Shown here one piece after another: positions 53,801-64,000 of a DNA stretch of 64,000 nt. The notes beneath the pieces were generated by a model that worked only from the letters and a program-made list of their open reading frames with translations, was not told the DNA's origin and did no database searches. The position numbers and the translations under genes were made by a program. The stretch comes from the human T2T-CHM13v2.0 reference genome, Homo sapiens, in NCBI RefSeq assembly GCF_009914755.1, contig NC_060946.1. The stretch is one strand, 5' to 3'. Each line of letters begins with the position of its first letter. Position 1 is the first letter of the stretch.

Positions 53801-56800
53801 TTGTGACAGATCTCTGCACTGATCACTCAGGTGATGTAAGTATTGTCTAGGCTCTGCTTCAAGGGGCCTTGTCACATATCTCTGCACTGATCACCCAGGT
53901 GATGTAACTCTTGTCTAGGCTCTGCTTCCAGGTCATATTGTGACATATCTATGCACTGATCACCTTAGTGATGTAACACTTTGGTAGGCTCGGCCTACAG
54001 GGGAATCTTGACATATCTCTGCACTGTTAACCGAGGTGATTTAACTCTTCTCTAGGTTGTGCCCACAGGGGGATTGAGACATATCTCTGCACTGATCCCG
54101 AGGTGATACAACTCTTGCCTGGTCTCTGCCTACTGTGGACATTGTGACATATCTCTGCACTGATCTCCCAGGTCCTGTAACTTTAGTCTAGGCTCTGGCT
54201 ACACAGCATTGTGACATATCACTGCACTGATCACCCAGGCGATATAACTCTTCTCTAGGATCTGACCACAGGGACCTTTGTGACATATCGCTGCAATGAT
54301 CACCCAGGTGATATACCACTTGCCAAGGCTCTGCCTACAGGGGCATTGCAATGTATCTCTGCACTGATCACCTAGGTCTTGTAGAAATTCCTAGGATCTG
54401 CCTACAGGGTGCTTTGTGACGTGTCCCAGCAAGGATTACCCAGGTGATGTACCTCTCATCAAGGCTCTCCCTACAGGCACATTGTGATGTATCTCTGCAC
54501 TGATCACCTAGGTCATGTAAATTTTGTCTAGGCTCTACCTACGATGGCATTGTGACATATCTCTGCACTAATCATCCAAGTGATGTAACTCTTGTCTAGG
54601 ATGTGCCTAAATTAACTTTTTGACATAACCCTGTACTGATCATCCAGGTGATGGAGCTTTTGTCTAGGCTCTGCCTAAGGGGGCATTGTGACATATTTCT
54701 GCATTGATCCCCAAGGTGGCGAACTCTTCTCTCGGATCTGCCTATGGGGGCATTGTGAGAAATCTCTGCATTGATCACCCAGGTGATGTAACTGTTGTGT
54801 AACCTCTGCCTACAGGGGAATTGTGAGAGATCTCGCCACTGATTACCCAAGTGATGTAACCGTTGTCTAGGCTTTGCGTACAGGGGGCTTTGTGACATAC
54901 CTTTGCACTGATCACCCAGGTGATGTAACACATCGAAGTTCGGCCTAAAGGAGCTTTGTGACATATCTCTGCACTGATCGCTTAGGTGATGTAACACTTT
55001 TATAATCACTGCCTACAGGGAATTTTGACAAATCTCTGCACTGATCACCTAGGTGATGTAACTCTTGTCTACCCTCTGTCCAACGGGGCATTGTGAAATA
55101 TCTCTGCACTGATCACCCAGGTGATTCAACTCTTGACTAGGAACTGCCTACAGAGGTTATTGTGAAATATCTCTGCACTGATTAACTAGGTGGTGTAACC
55201 CTTGTCCAAGCTCTGCCTACAGGGGCGTTTCCACATATCCCTGAACTGATGACAGAGGTGATGTAACTCTTGCCTAGGCTTTGCCTACAGGGAACATTGG
55301 ACATATATCTGCACTGATCACCCAGGTGATGCAACTCTTGCCTAGGCTTTGCCTACAGGGGACATTGTGACATATCTCTTCAATGATCACTCATGTGATG
55401 CATCTCTTGCCTAGGCTTTGCCTACAGGGGACATTGTGACATATATCTGCACTGATCTCCCAGGTGCTGTAAGTTTAGTCTAGGCTCTGGCTACACGGCA
55501 TTGTGACATATCACTGCACTGATCAACCAGGTGATATAACTCTTGTATAGGCTCTGCCTACAGGGGGATTGTGACCTACCTCTGCACTGATCACCCAGGT
55601 GATATAACTCTTCTCTAGGATCTTCCTACAGGGTACTTTGTGACATATCCCTGCACTGATCACCCAGGTGATCTATCTCTGGTCTAAGCTCTGCCTAAAG
55701 GGGCATTGTGACAGATCTCTGCACTGATCACTCAGGTGATGTAAGTATTGTCTAGGCTCTGCTTCAAGGGGCCTTGTCACATATCTCTGCACTGATCACC
55801 CAGGTGATGTAACTCTTGTCTAGGCTCTGCTTCCAGGGCATATTGTGACATATCTATGCACTGATCACCTTAGTGATGTAACACTTTGGTAGGCTCGGCC
55901 TACAGGGGAATCTTGACATATCTCTGCACTGTTAACCGAGGTGATTTAACTCTTGTCTAGGTTGTGCCCACAGGGGGATTGAGACATATCTCTGCACTGA
56001 TCCCGAGGTGATACAACTCTTGCCTGGTCTCTGCCTACTGTGGACATTGTGACATATCTCTGCACTGATCTCCCAGGTGCTGTAACTATAGTCTAGGCTC
56101 TGGCTACACAGCATTGTGACATATCACTGCACTGATCACCCAGGCGATATAACTCTTCTCTAGGATCTGACCACAGGGTGCTTTGTGACATATCCCTGCA
56201 ATGATCACCCAGGTGATATACAACTTGCCAAGGCTCTGCCTACAGGGGCATTGCAATGTATCCCTGCACTGATCACCTAGGTCTTGTAGATATTTTCTAG
56301 GATCTGCCTACAGGGTGCTTTGTGACGTGTCCCAGCAAGGATTACCCAGGTGATGTACCTCTCATCAAGGCTCTGCCTACATGCACATTGTGATGTATCT
56401 CTGCACTGATCACCTAGGTCATGGAAATTTTGTCTAGGCTCTACCTACGATGGCATTGTGACATATCTCTGCACTAATCATCCAAGTGATGTAACTCTTG
56501 TCTAGGATGTGCCTAAATTAACTTTTTGACATAACCCTGTACTGATCATCCGGGTGATGGAACTTTTGTCTAGGCTCTGCCTAAGGGGACATTGTGACAT
56601 ATTTCTGCATTGATCCCCCAGGTGGCGAACTCTTCTCTCGGATCTGCCTATGGGGGCATTGTGAGAAATCTCTGCACTGATCACCCAGGTGATGTAACTG
56701 TTGTGTAACCTCTGCCTACAGGGGAATTGTGAGAGACCTCGCCACTGATTACCCAAGTGATGTAACCGTTGTCTAGGCTTTGCGTGCAGGGGGCTTTGTG

Positions 56801-58405
56801 ACATACCTTTGCACTGATCACCCAGGTGATGTAACACATCTAAGTTCGGCCTAAAGGAGCTTTGTGACATAAATCTGCACTGATCACTTAGGTGATGTAA
56901 CACTTTTATAATCACTGCCTACAGGGAATTTTGACAAATCTCTGCACTGATCACCTAGGTGATGTAACTCTTGTCTACCCTCTGTCCAACGGGGCATTGT
57001 GAAATATCTCTGCACAGATCACCCAGGTGATTCAACTCTTGACTAGGAACTGCCTACAGAGGTTATTGTGAAATATCTCTGCACTGATAAACTAGGTGGT
57101 GTAACCCTTGTCCAAGCTCTGCCTACAGGGGCGTTTCCACATATCCCTGAACTGATGACAGAGGTGATGTAACTCTTGCCTAGGCTTTGCCTACAGGGAA
57201 CATTGGACCTATATCTGCACTGATCACCCAGGTGATGCAACTCTTGCCTAGGCTTTGCCTACAGGGGACATTGTGACATATCTCTTCAATGATCACTCAT
57301 GTGATGCATCTCTTGCCTAGGGTTTGCCTACAGGGGACATTGTGACATATCTCTGCACTGATCTCCCAGGTGCTGTAACTTTAGTCTAGGCTCTGGCTAC
57401 ACGGCATTGTGACATATCACTGCACTGATCAACCAGGTGATAAAACCCTTGTATAGGCTCTGCCTACAGGGGGATTGTGACCTACCTCTGCACTGATCAC
57501 CCAGGTGATATAACTCTTCTCTAGGATCTGCCTACAGGGTACTTTGTGACATATCCCTGCACCGATCACCCAGGTGATCTAACCCTGGTCTAAGCTTTGC
57601 CTAAAGGGGCTTTGTGACAGATCTCTGCACTGATTACTCTGGTGATGTAAGTATTGTCTAGGCTCTGCTTCAAGGGGCCTTGTCACATATCTCTGCACTG
57701 ATCACCCAGGTGATGTAACTCTTGTCTAGGCTCTGCTTCCAGGGCATATTGTGACATATCTATGCACTGATCACCTTAGTGATGTAACACTTTGGTAGGC
57801 TCGGCCTACAGGGGAATCTTGACATATCTCTGCACTGTTAACCGAGGTGATTTAACTCTTGTCTAGGCTGTGCCCACAGGAGAATTGAGACATATCTCTG
57901 CACTGATCCCGAGGTGATACAACTCTTGCCTGGTCTCTGCCTACTGTGGACATTGTGACATATCTCTGCACTGATCTCCCAGGTGCTGTAACTTTAGTCT
58001 AGGCTCTGGCTACACGGCATTGTGACATATCACTGCACTGATCACCCAGGCGATACAACTCTTCTCCAGGATCTGACCACAGGGTGCTTTGTGATATATC
58101 CCTGCAATGATCACCCAGGTGATATACCACTTGGCAAGGCTCTGTCTACAGGGGCATTACAATGTATCTCTGCACTGATCACCTAGGTCTTGTAGCTATT
58201 TTCTAGGATCTGCCTACAGGGTGCTTTGTGACGTGTCCCAGCAAGGATTACCCAGGTGATGTACCTCTCATCAAGGCTCTGCCTACAGGCACATTGTGAT
58301 GTATCTCTGCACTGATCACCTCGGTCATGTAACTTTTCTAGGCTATACCTACGATGGCATTGTGACATATCTCTGCACTAATCATCCAAGTGATGTAACT
58401 CTTGT

Positions 58406-61400
58406 CTAGGATGTGCCTAAATTAACTTTTTCACATAACCCTGTACTGATCATCCAGGTGATGGAGCTTTTGTCTAGGCTCTGCCTAAGGGGGCATTGTG
58501 ACATATTTCTGCATTGATCACCCAGGTGGCGAACTCTTCTCTCGGATCTGCCTATGGGGGCATTGTGAGAAATGTCTGCACTGATCACCCAGGTGATGTA
58601 ACTGTTGTGTAACCTCTGCCTACAGGGGAATTGTGAGAGATCTCGTCATTCATTACCCAAGTGATGTAACCATTGTCTAGGCTTTGCGTACAGGGGGCTT
58701 TGTGACATACCTTTGCACTGATCACCCAGGTGATGTAACACATCTAAGTTCGGCCTAAAGGAGCTTTGTGACATATCTCTGCACTGATCACTTACGTGAT
58801 GTAACACTTTTATAATCACTGCCTACAGGGAATTTTGACAAATCTCTGCACTGATCTCCTAGGCGATGTAACTCTTGTCTACCCTCTGTCCAACGGGGCA
58901 TTGTGAAATATCTCTGCACTGATCACAAAGGTGATTCATCTCTTGACTTCGAACTGCCTACAGAGGTTATTGTGAAATATCTCTGCACTGATAAACTAGG
59001 TGGTGTAACCCTTGTCCAAGCTCTGCCTACAGGGTCGTTTCCACATATCCCTGAACTGATGACAAAGGTGATGTAACCCTTGCCTAGGCTTTGCCTACAG
59101 GGAACAATGGACATATATCTGCACTGATCACCCAGGTGATGCAACTCTTGCCTAGGCTTTGCCTACAGGGGACATTGTGACATATCTCTTCAATGATCAC
59201 TCATGTGATGCATCTCTTGCCTAGGCTTTGCCTACAGGGGACATTGTGACATATCTCTGCACTGATCTCCCAGGTGCTGTAACTTTAGTCTAGGCTTTGG
59301 CTACACGGCATTGTGACCTACCTCTGCACTGATCACCAAGGTGATATAACTCTTCTCTAGGATCTGCCTACAGGGTACTTTGTGACATATCCCTGCACTG
59401 ATCACCCAGGTGATCTAACTCTGGTCTAAGCTCTGCCTAAAGGGGCATTGTGACAGATCTCTGCACTGATCACTCTGGTGATGTAAGTATTGTCTAGGCT
59501 CTGCTTCAAGGGGCCTTGTCACATATCTCTGCACTGATCACCCAGGTGATGTAACTCTTTTGTAGGCTCTGCTTCCAGGGCATATTGTGACATATCTATG
59601 CACTGATCACCTTAGTGATGTAACACTTTGGTAGGCTCGGCCTACAGGGGAATCTTGACATATCTCTGCACTGTTAACCGAGGTGATTTAACTCTTGTCT
59701 AGGCTGTGCCCACAGGCGGATTGAGACATATCTCTGCACTGATCCCTAGGTGATACAACTCTTGCCTGGTCTCTGCCTACTGTGGACATTGTGACATATC
59801 TCTGCACTGATCTCCCAGGTGCTGTAACTTTAGTCTAGGCTCTGGCTACACGGCATTGTGACATATCACTGCACTGATCACCCAGGCGATATAACTGTTC
59901 TCTAGGATCTGACCACAGGGTGCTTTGTGACATATCCCTGCAATGATCACCCAGGTGATATACCACTTGCCAAGGCTCTGCCTACAGGGGCATTGCAATG
60001 TATCTCTGCACTGATCACCTAGGTCTTGTAGCTATTTTCTAGGATCTGCCTACAGGGTGCTTTGTGACGTGTCCCAGCAAGGATTACCCAGGTGATGTAC
60101 CTCTCATCAAGGCTCTGCCAACAGGCACATTGTGATGTATCTCTGCACTGATCACCTCGGTCGTGTAACTTTTTTCCAGGCTCTACCTACGATGGCATTG
60201 TTACATATCTCTGCACTAATCATCCAAGTGATGTAATTCTTGTCTAGGATGTGCCTAAATTAACTTTTTGACATAACCCTGTACTGATCATCCAGGTGAT
60301 GGAGCTTTTGTCTAGGCTCTGCCTAAGGGGGCATTGTGACATATTTCTGCATTGATCACCCAGGTGGCGAACTCTTCTCTCGGATCTGTCTATTGGGGCA
60401 TTGTGAGAAATATCTGCACTGATCACCCAGGTGATGTAACTGTTGTGTAACCTCTGCCTACAGGGGAATTGTGAGAGATCTCGTCACTCATTACTCAAGT
60501 GATGTAACCATTGTCTAGGCTTTGCGTACTGGGGGCTTTGTGACATACCTTTGCACTGATCACCCAGCTGATGTAACACATCTAAGTTCGGCCTAAAGGA
60601 GCTTTGTGACATATCTCTGCACTGATCACTTAGGTGATGTAACACTTTTATAATCACTGCCTACAGGGAATTTTGACAAATCTCTGCACTGATCACCTAG
60701 GTGATGTAACTCTTGTCTACCCTCTGTCCAACGGGGCATTGTGAAATATCTCTGCACTGATCACCCAGGTGATTCAACTCTTGACTAGGAACTGCCTACA
60801 GAGGTTATTGTGAAATATCTCTGCACTGATAAACTAGGTGGTGTAACCCTTGTCCAAGCTCTGCCTACAGGGTGGTTTCCACATATCCCTGAACTGATGA
60901 CAAAGGTGATGTAACTCTTGCCTAGGCTTTGCCTACAGGGAACATTGGACATATATCTGCACTGATCACCCAGGTGATGCAACTCCTGCCTAGGCTTTGC
61001 CTTCAGGGGACATTGTGACATATCTCTTGAATGATCACTCATGTGATGCATCTCTTTCCTAGGCTTTGCCTACAGGGGACATTGTGACATATCTCTGCAC
61101 TGATCTCCCAGATGCTGTAACTTTAGTCTAGGCTCTGGCTACACGGCATTGTGACCTACTTCTGCACTGATCACCCAGGTGATATAACTCTTCTCTAGGA
61201 TCTGCCTACAGGGTACTTTGTGACATATCCCTGCACTGATCACCCAGGTGATCTAACTCTGGTCTAAGCTCTGCCTAAAGGGGCATTGTGACAGATCTCT
61301 GCACTGATCACTCTGGTGATGTAAGTATTGTCTAGGCTCTGCTTCAAGGGGCCTTGTCACATATCTCTGCACTGATCACCCAGGTGATGTAACTCTTGTC

Positions 61401-63919
61401 TAGGCTCTGCTTCCAGGGCATATTGTGACATATCTATGCACTGATCACCTTAGTGATGTAACACTTTGGTAGGCTCGGCCTAAAGGGGAATCTTGACATA
61501 TCTCTGCACTGTTAACCGAGGTGATTTAACTCTTGTCTAGGCTGTGCCCACAGGGAGATTGAGACATATCTCTGCACTGATCCCGAGGTGATACAACTCT
61601 TGCCTGGTCTCTGCCTACTGTGGACATTGTGACATATCTCTGCACTGATCTCCCAGGTGCTGTAACTTTAGTCTAGGCTCTGGCTACACGGCATTGTGAC
61701 ATATCACTGCACTGATCACCCAGGCGATATAACTCTTCTCCAGGATCTGAACACAGGGTGCTTTGTGATATATCCCTGCAATGATCACCCAGGTGATATA
61801 CCACTTGCCAAGGCTCTGCCTACAGGGGCATTGCAATGTATCTCTGCACTGATCACCTAGGTCTTGTAGCTATTTTCTAGGATCTGCCTACAGGGTGCTT
61901 TGTGACGTGTCCCAGCAAGGATTACCCAGGTGATGTACCTCTCATCAAGGCTCTGCCAACAGGCACATTGTGATGTATCTCTGCACTGATCACCTCGGTC
62001 ATGTAACTTTTTTCCAGGCTCTACCTACGATGGCATTGTTACATATCTCTGCACTAATCATCCAAGTGATGTAATTCTTGTCTAGGATGTGCCTAAATTA
62101 ACTTTTTGACATAACCCTGTACTGATCATCCAGGTGATGGAGCTTTTGTCTAGGCTCTGTCTAAGGGGGCATTGTGACATATTTCTGCATTGATCACCCA
62201 GGTGGCGAACTCTTCTCTCGGATCTGTCTATTGGGGCATTGTGAGAAATATCTGCACTGATCACCCAGGTGATGTAACTGTTGTGTAACCTCTGCCTACA
62301 GGGGAATTGTGAGAGATCTCGTCACTCATTACTCAAGTGATGTAACCATTGTCTAGGCTTTGCGTACAGGGGGCTTTGTGACATACCTTTGCACTGATCA
62401 CCCAGCTGATGTAACACATCTAAGTTCGGCCTAAAGGAGATTTGTGACATATCTCTTCACTGATCACTTAGGTGATGTAACACTTTTATAATCACTGCCT
62501 ACAGGGAATTTTGACAAATCTCTGCACTGATCACCTAGGTGATGTAACTCTTGTCTACCCTCTGTCCAACGGGGCATTGTGAAATATCTCTGCACTGATC
62601 ACCCAGGTGATTCAACTCTTGACTAGGAACTGCCTACAGAGGTTATTGTGAAATATCTCTGCACTGATAAACTAGGTGGTGTAACCCTTGTCCAAGCTCT
62701 GCCTACAGGGTCGTTTCCACATATCCCTGAACTGATGACAAAGGTGATGTAACTCTTGCCTAGGCTTTGCCTACAGGGAACATTGGACATATATCTGCAC
62801 TGATCACCCAGGTGATGCAACTCCTGCCTAGGCTTTGCCTTCAGGGGACATTGTGACATATCTCTTGAATGATCACTCATGTGATGCATCTCTTGCCTAG
62901 GCTTTGCCTACAGGGGACATTGTGACATATCTCTGCACTGATCTCCCAGATGCTGTAACTTTAGTCTAGGCTCTGGCTACACGGCATTGTGACCTACTTC
63001 TGCACTGATCACCCAGGTGATATAACTCTTCTCTAGGATCTGCCTACAGGGTACTTTGTGACATATCCCTGCACTGATCACCCAGGTGATCTAACTCTGG
63101 TCTAAGCTCTGCCTAAAGGGGCATTGTGACAGATCTCTCCACTGATCACTCTGGTGATGTAAGTATTGTCTAGGCTCTGCTTCAAGGGGCCTTGTCACAT
63201 ATCTCTGCACTGATCACCCAGGTGATGTAACTCTTGTCTAGGCTCTGCTTCCAGGGCATATTGTGACATATCTATGCACTGATCACCTTAGTGATGTAAC
63301 ACTTTGGTAGGCTCGGCCTAAAGGGGAATCTTGACATATCTCTGCACTGTTAACCGAGGTGATTTAACTCTTGTCTAGGCTGTGCCCACAGGGAGATTGA
63401 GACATATCTCTGCACTGATCCCGAGGTGATACAACTCTTGCCTGGTCTCTGCCTACTGTGGACATTGTGACATATCTCTGCACTGATCTCCCAGGTGCTG
63501 TAACTTTAGTCTAGGCTCTGGCTACACGGCATTGTGACATATCACTGCACTGATCACCCAGGCGATATAACTCTTCTCCAGGATCTGACCACAGGGTGCT
63601 TTGTGATATATCCCTGCAATGATCACCCAGGTGATATACCACTTGCCAAGGCTCTGCCTACAGGGGCATTGCAATGTATCTCTGCACTGATCACCTAGGT
63701 CTTGTAGCTATTTTCTAGGATCTGCCTACAGGGTGCTTTGTGACGTGTCCCAGCAAGGATTACCCAGGTGATGTACCTCTCATCAAGGCTCTGCCTACAG
63801 GCACATTGTGATGTATCTCTGCACTGATCACCTCGGTCATGTAACTTTTTTCTAGGCTCTACCTACGATGGCATTGTGACATATCTCTGCACTAATCATC
63901 CAAGTGTTGTAACTCTTGT
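58406..63919 (+). repeat. Three tandem 27-monomer HOR units (1838 bp), monomers C and D fused
   Basis: Markers at 58406, 60244, 62082 and 63920 are each 1838 apart. The hybrid monomer ...GGCTACACGGCATTGTGACCTAC... is at 59264-59330, 61102-61168 and 62940-63006. Confidence 0.94.
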
Positions 63920-64000
63920 CTAGGATGTGCCTAAATTAACTTTTTGACATAACCCTGTACTGATCATCCAGGTGATGGAGCTTTTGTCTAGGCTCTGCCT

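Larger units (their letters stand above)
2878..58405 (+). repeat. Domain dominated by a 28-monomer, ~1906-bp higher-order repeat
   Basis: Marker spacing is 1904-1906 bp (one 1898) for 27 of the 29 units here. I counted 28 distinguishable monomers of 66-69 bp in the unit starting at 3598. Units differ from each other by scattered substitutions, while monomers within a unit are far more divergent. Confidence 0.96.
1..64000 (+). repeat. Beta satellite (68-bp Sau3A / BSR-Beta) tandem array, continuing beyond both window edges
   Basis: TGCACTGATCACCCAGGTGAT-like motif recurs every 66-69 bp throughout, all in one orientation, with no unique sequence seen. About 940 monomers by length (64000/68). 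The consensus matches the human beta-satellite monomer as I recall it. Confidence 0.97.

Noticed and set aside
32020-58340. Isolated 1-2 bp deletions (~32025, ~33038, ~43448, ~54388, ~58335)
   Set aside because: These are singletons, mostly in or next to short homopolymer runs, and cannot be distinguished from sequencing error without reads.
359-62889. Recurrent 60-137 aa minus-strand ORFs (MISAEISHNAP..., MHHLGDQCRY..., HHLGDQC repeats resembling Cys/His metal-binding motifs)
   Set aside because: They are translations of the satellite that recur at the HOR period. They are opened and closed by random SNPs and 1-bp indels, many begin at non-ATG codons, and they resemble no protein family I recognise. 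The His/Cys pattern is simply the reverse complement of the conserved monomer core.
1-64000. CRISPR-like appearance: conserved partly palindromic ~30-bp core alternating with more variable ~35-bp segments
   Set aside because: The variable segments are homologous to one another and repeat every 28 monomers, so they are not unique spacers. There is no leader and there are no cas genes.
1-64000. Alpha satellite or centromere core with CENP-B boxes
   Set aside because: The monomer is 68 bp rather than 171 bp, and I saw no CENP-B box.
1-64000. Dense GATC sites as bacterial Dam/oriC or iteron signals
   Set aside because: GATC is the Sau3A site that defines this satellite family. Nothing else in the window looks prokaryotic.
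1-64000. tRNA- or snoRNA-like tandem RNA gene cluster (unit ~68 nt, TGATG and CTGA motifs)
   Set aside because: There is no cloverleaf or Pol III A/B box, and the C/D-like words are incidental parts of the abutting satellite monomers.

Overview
The whole 64-kb window is one uninterrupted, single-orientation tandem array of a ~68-bp monomer (consensus GATCACCCAGGTGATGTAACTCTTGTCTAGGCTCTGCCTACAGGGGCATTGTGACATATCTCTGCACT). I recognise this from memory as human/great-ape beta satellite (Sau3A 68-bp family, BSR/Beta). The monomers are organised into a higher-order repeat (HOR). The once-per-unit marker CTAGGATGTGCCTAAATTAAC (or a near-identical variant) occurs 34 times (359, 2878, 4784, 6690 ... 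62082, 63920), giving 33 complete units. Of these, 27 are a 28-monomer unit of ~1906 bp, one is a 37-mer (2519 bp, left edge), one a 27-mer (1837 bp), one a 33-mer (2244 bp), and three consecutive units at the right edge are a different 27-mer (1838 bp). For reference I label the 28 monomers A-Z,a,b in order, with A starting at 3598. I see no genes, RNA genes, transposons or CRISPR array, and the listed ORFs are artefacts of the repeat. I found no new protein-coding system. The real signal is the array's evolutionary record: HOR-length transitions, a 5.7-kb three-unit super-repeat, local variant blocks and recombination junctions. All comparisons were made by eye, without computed alignments or database searches.
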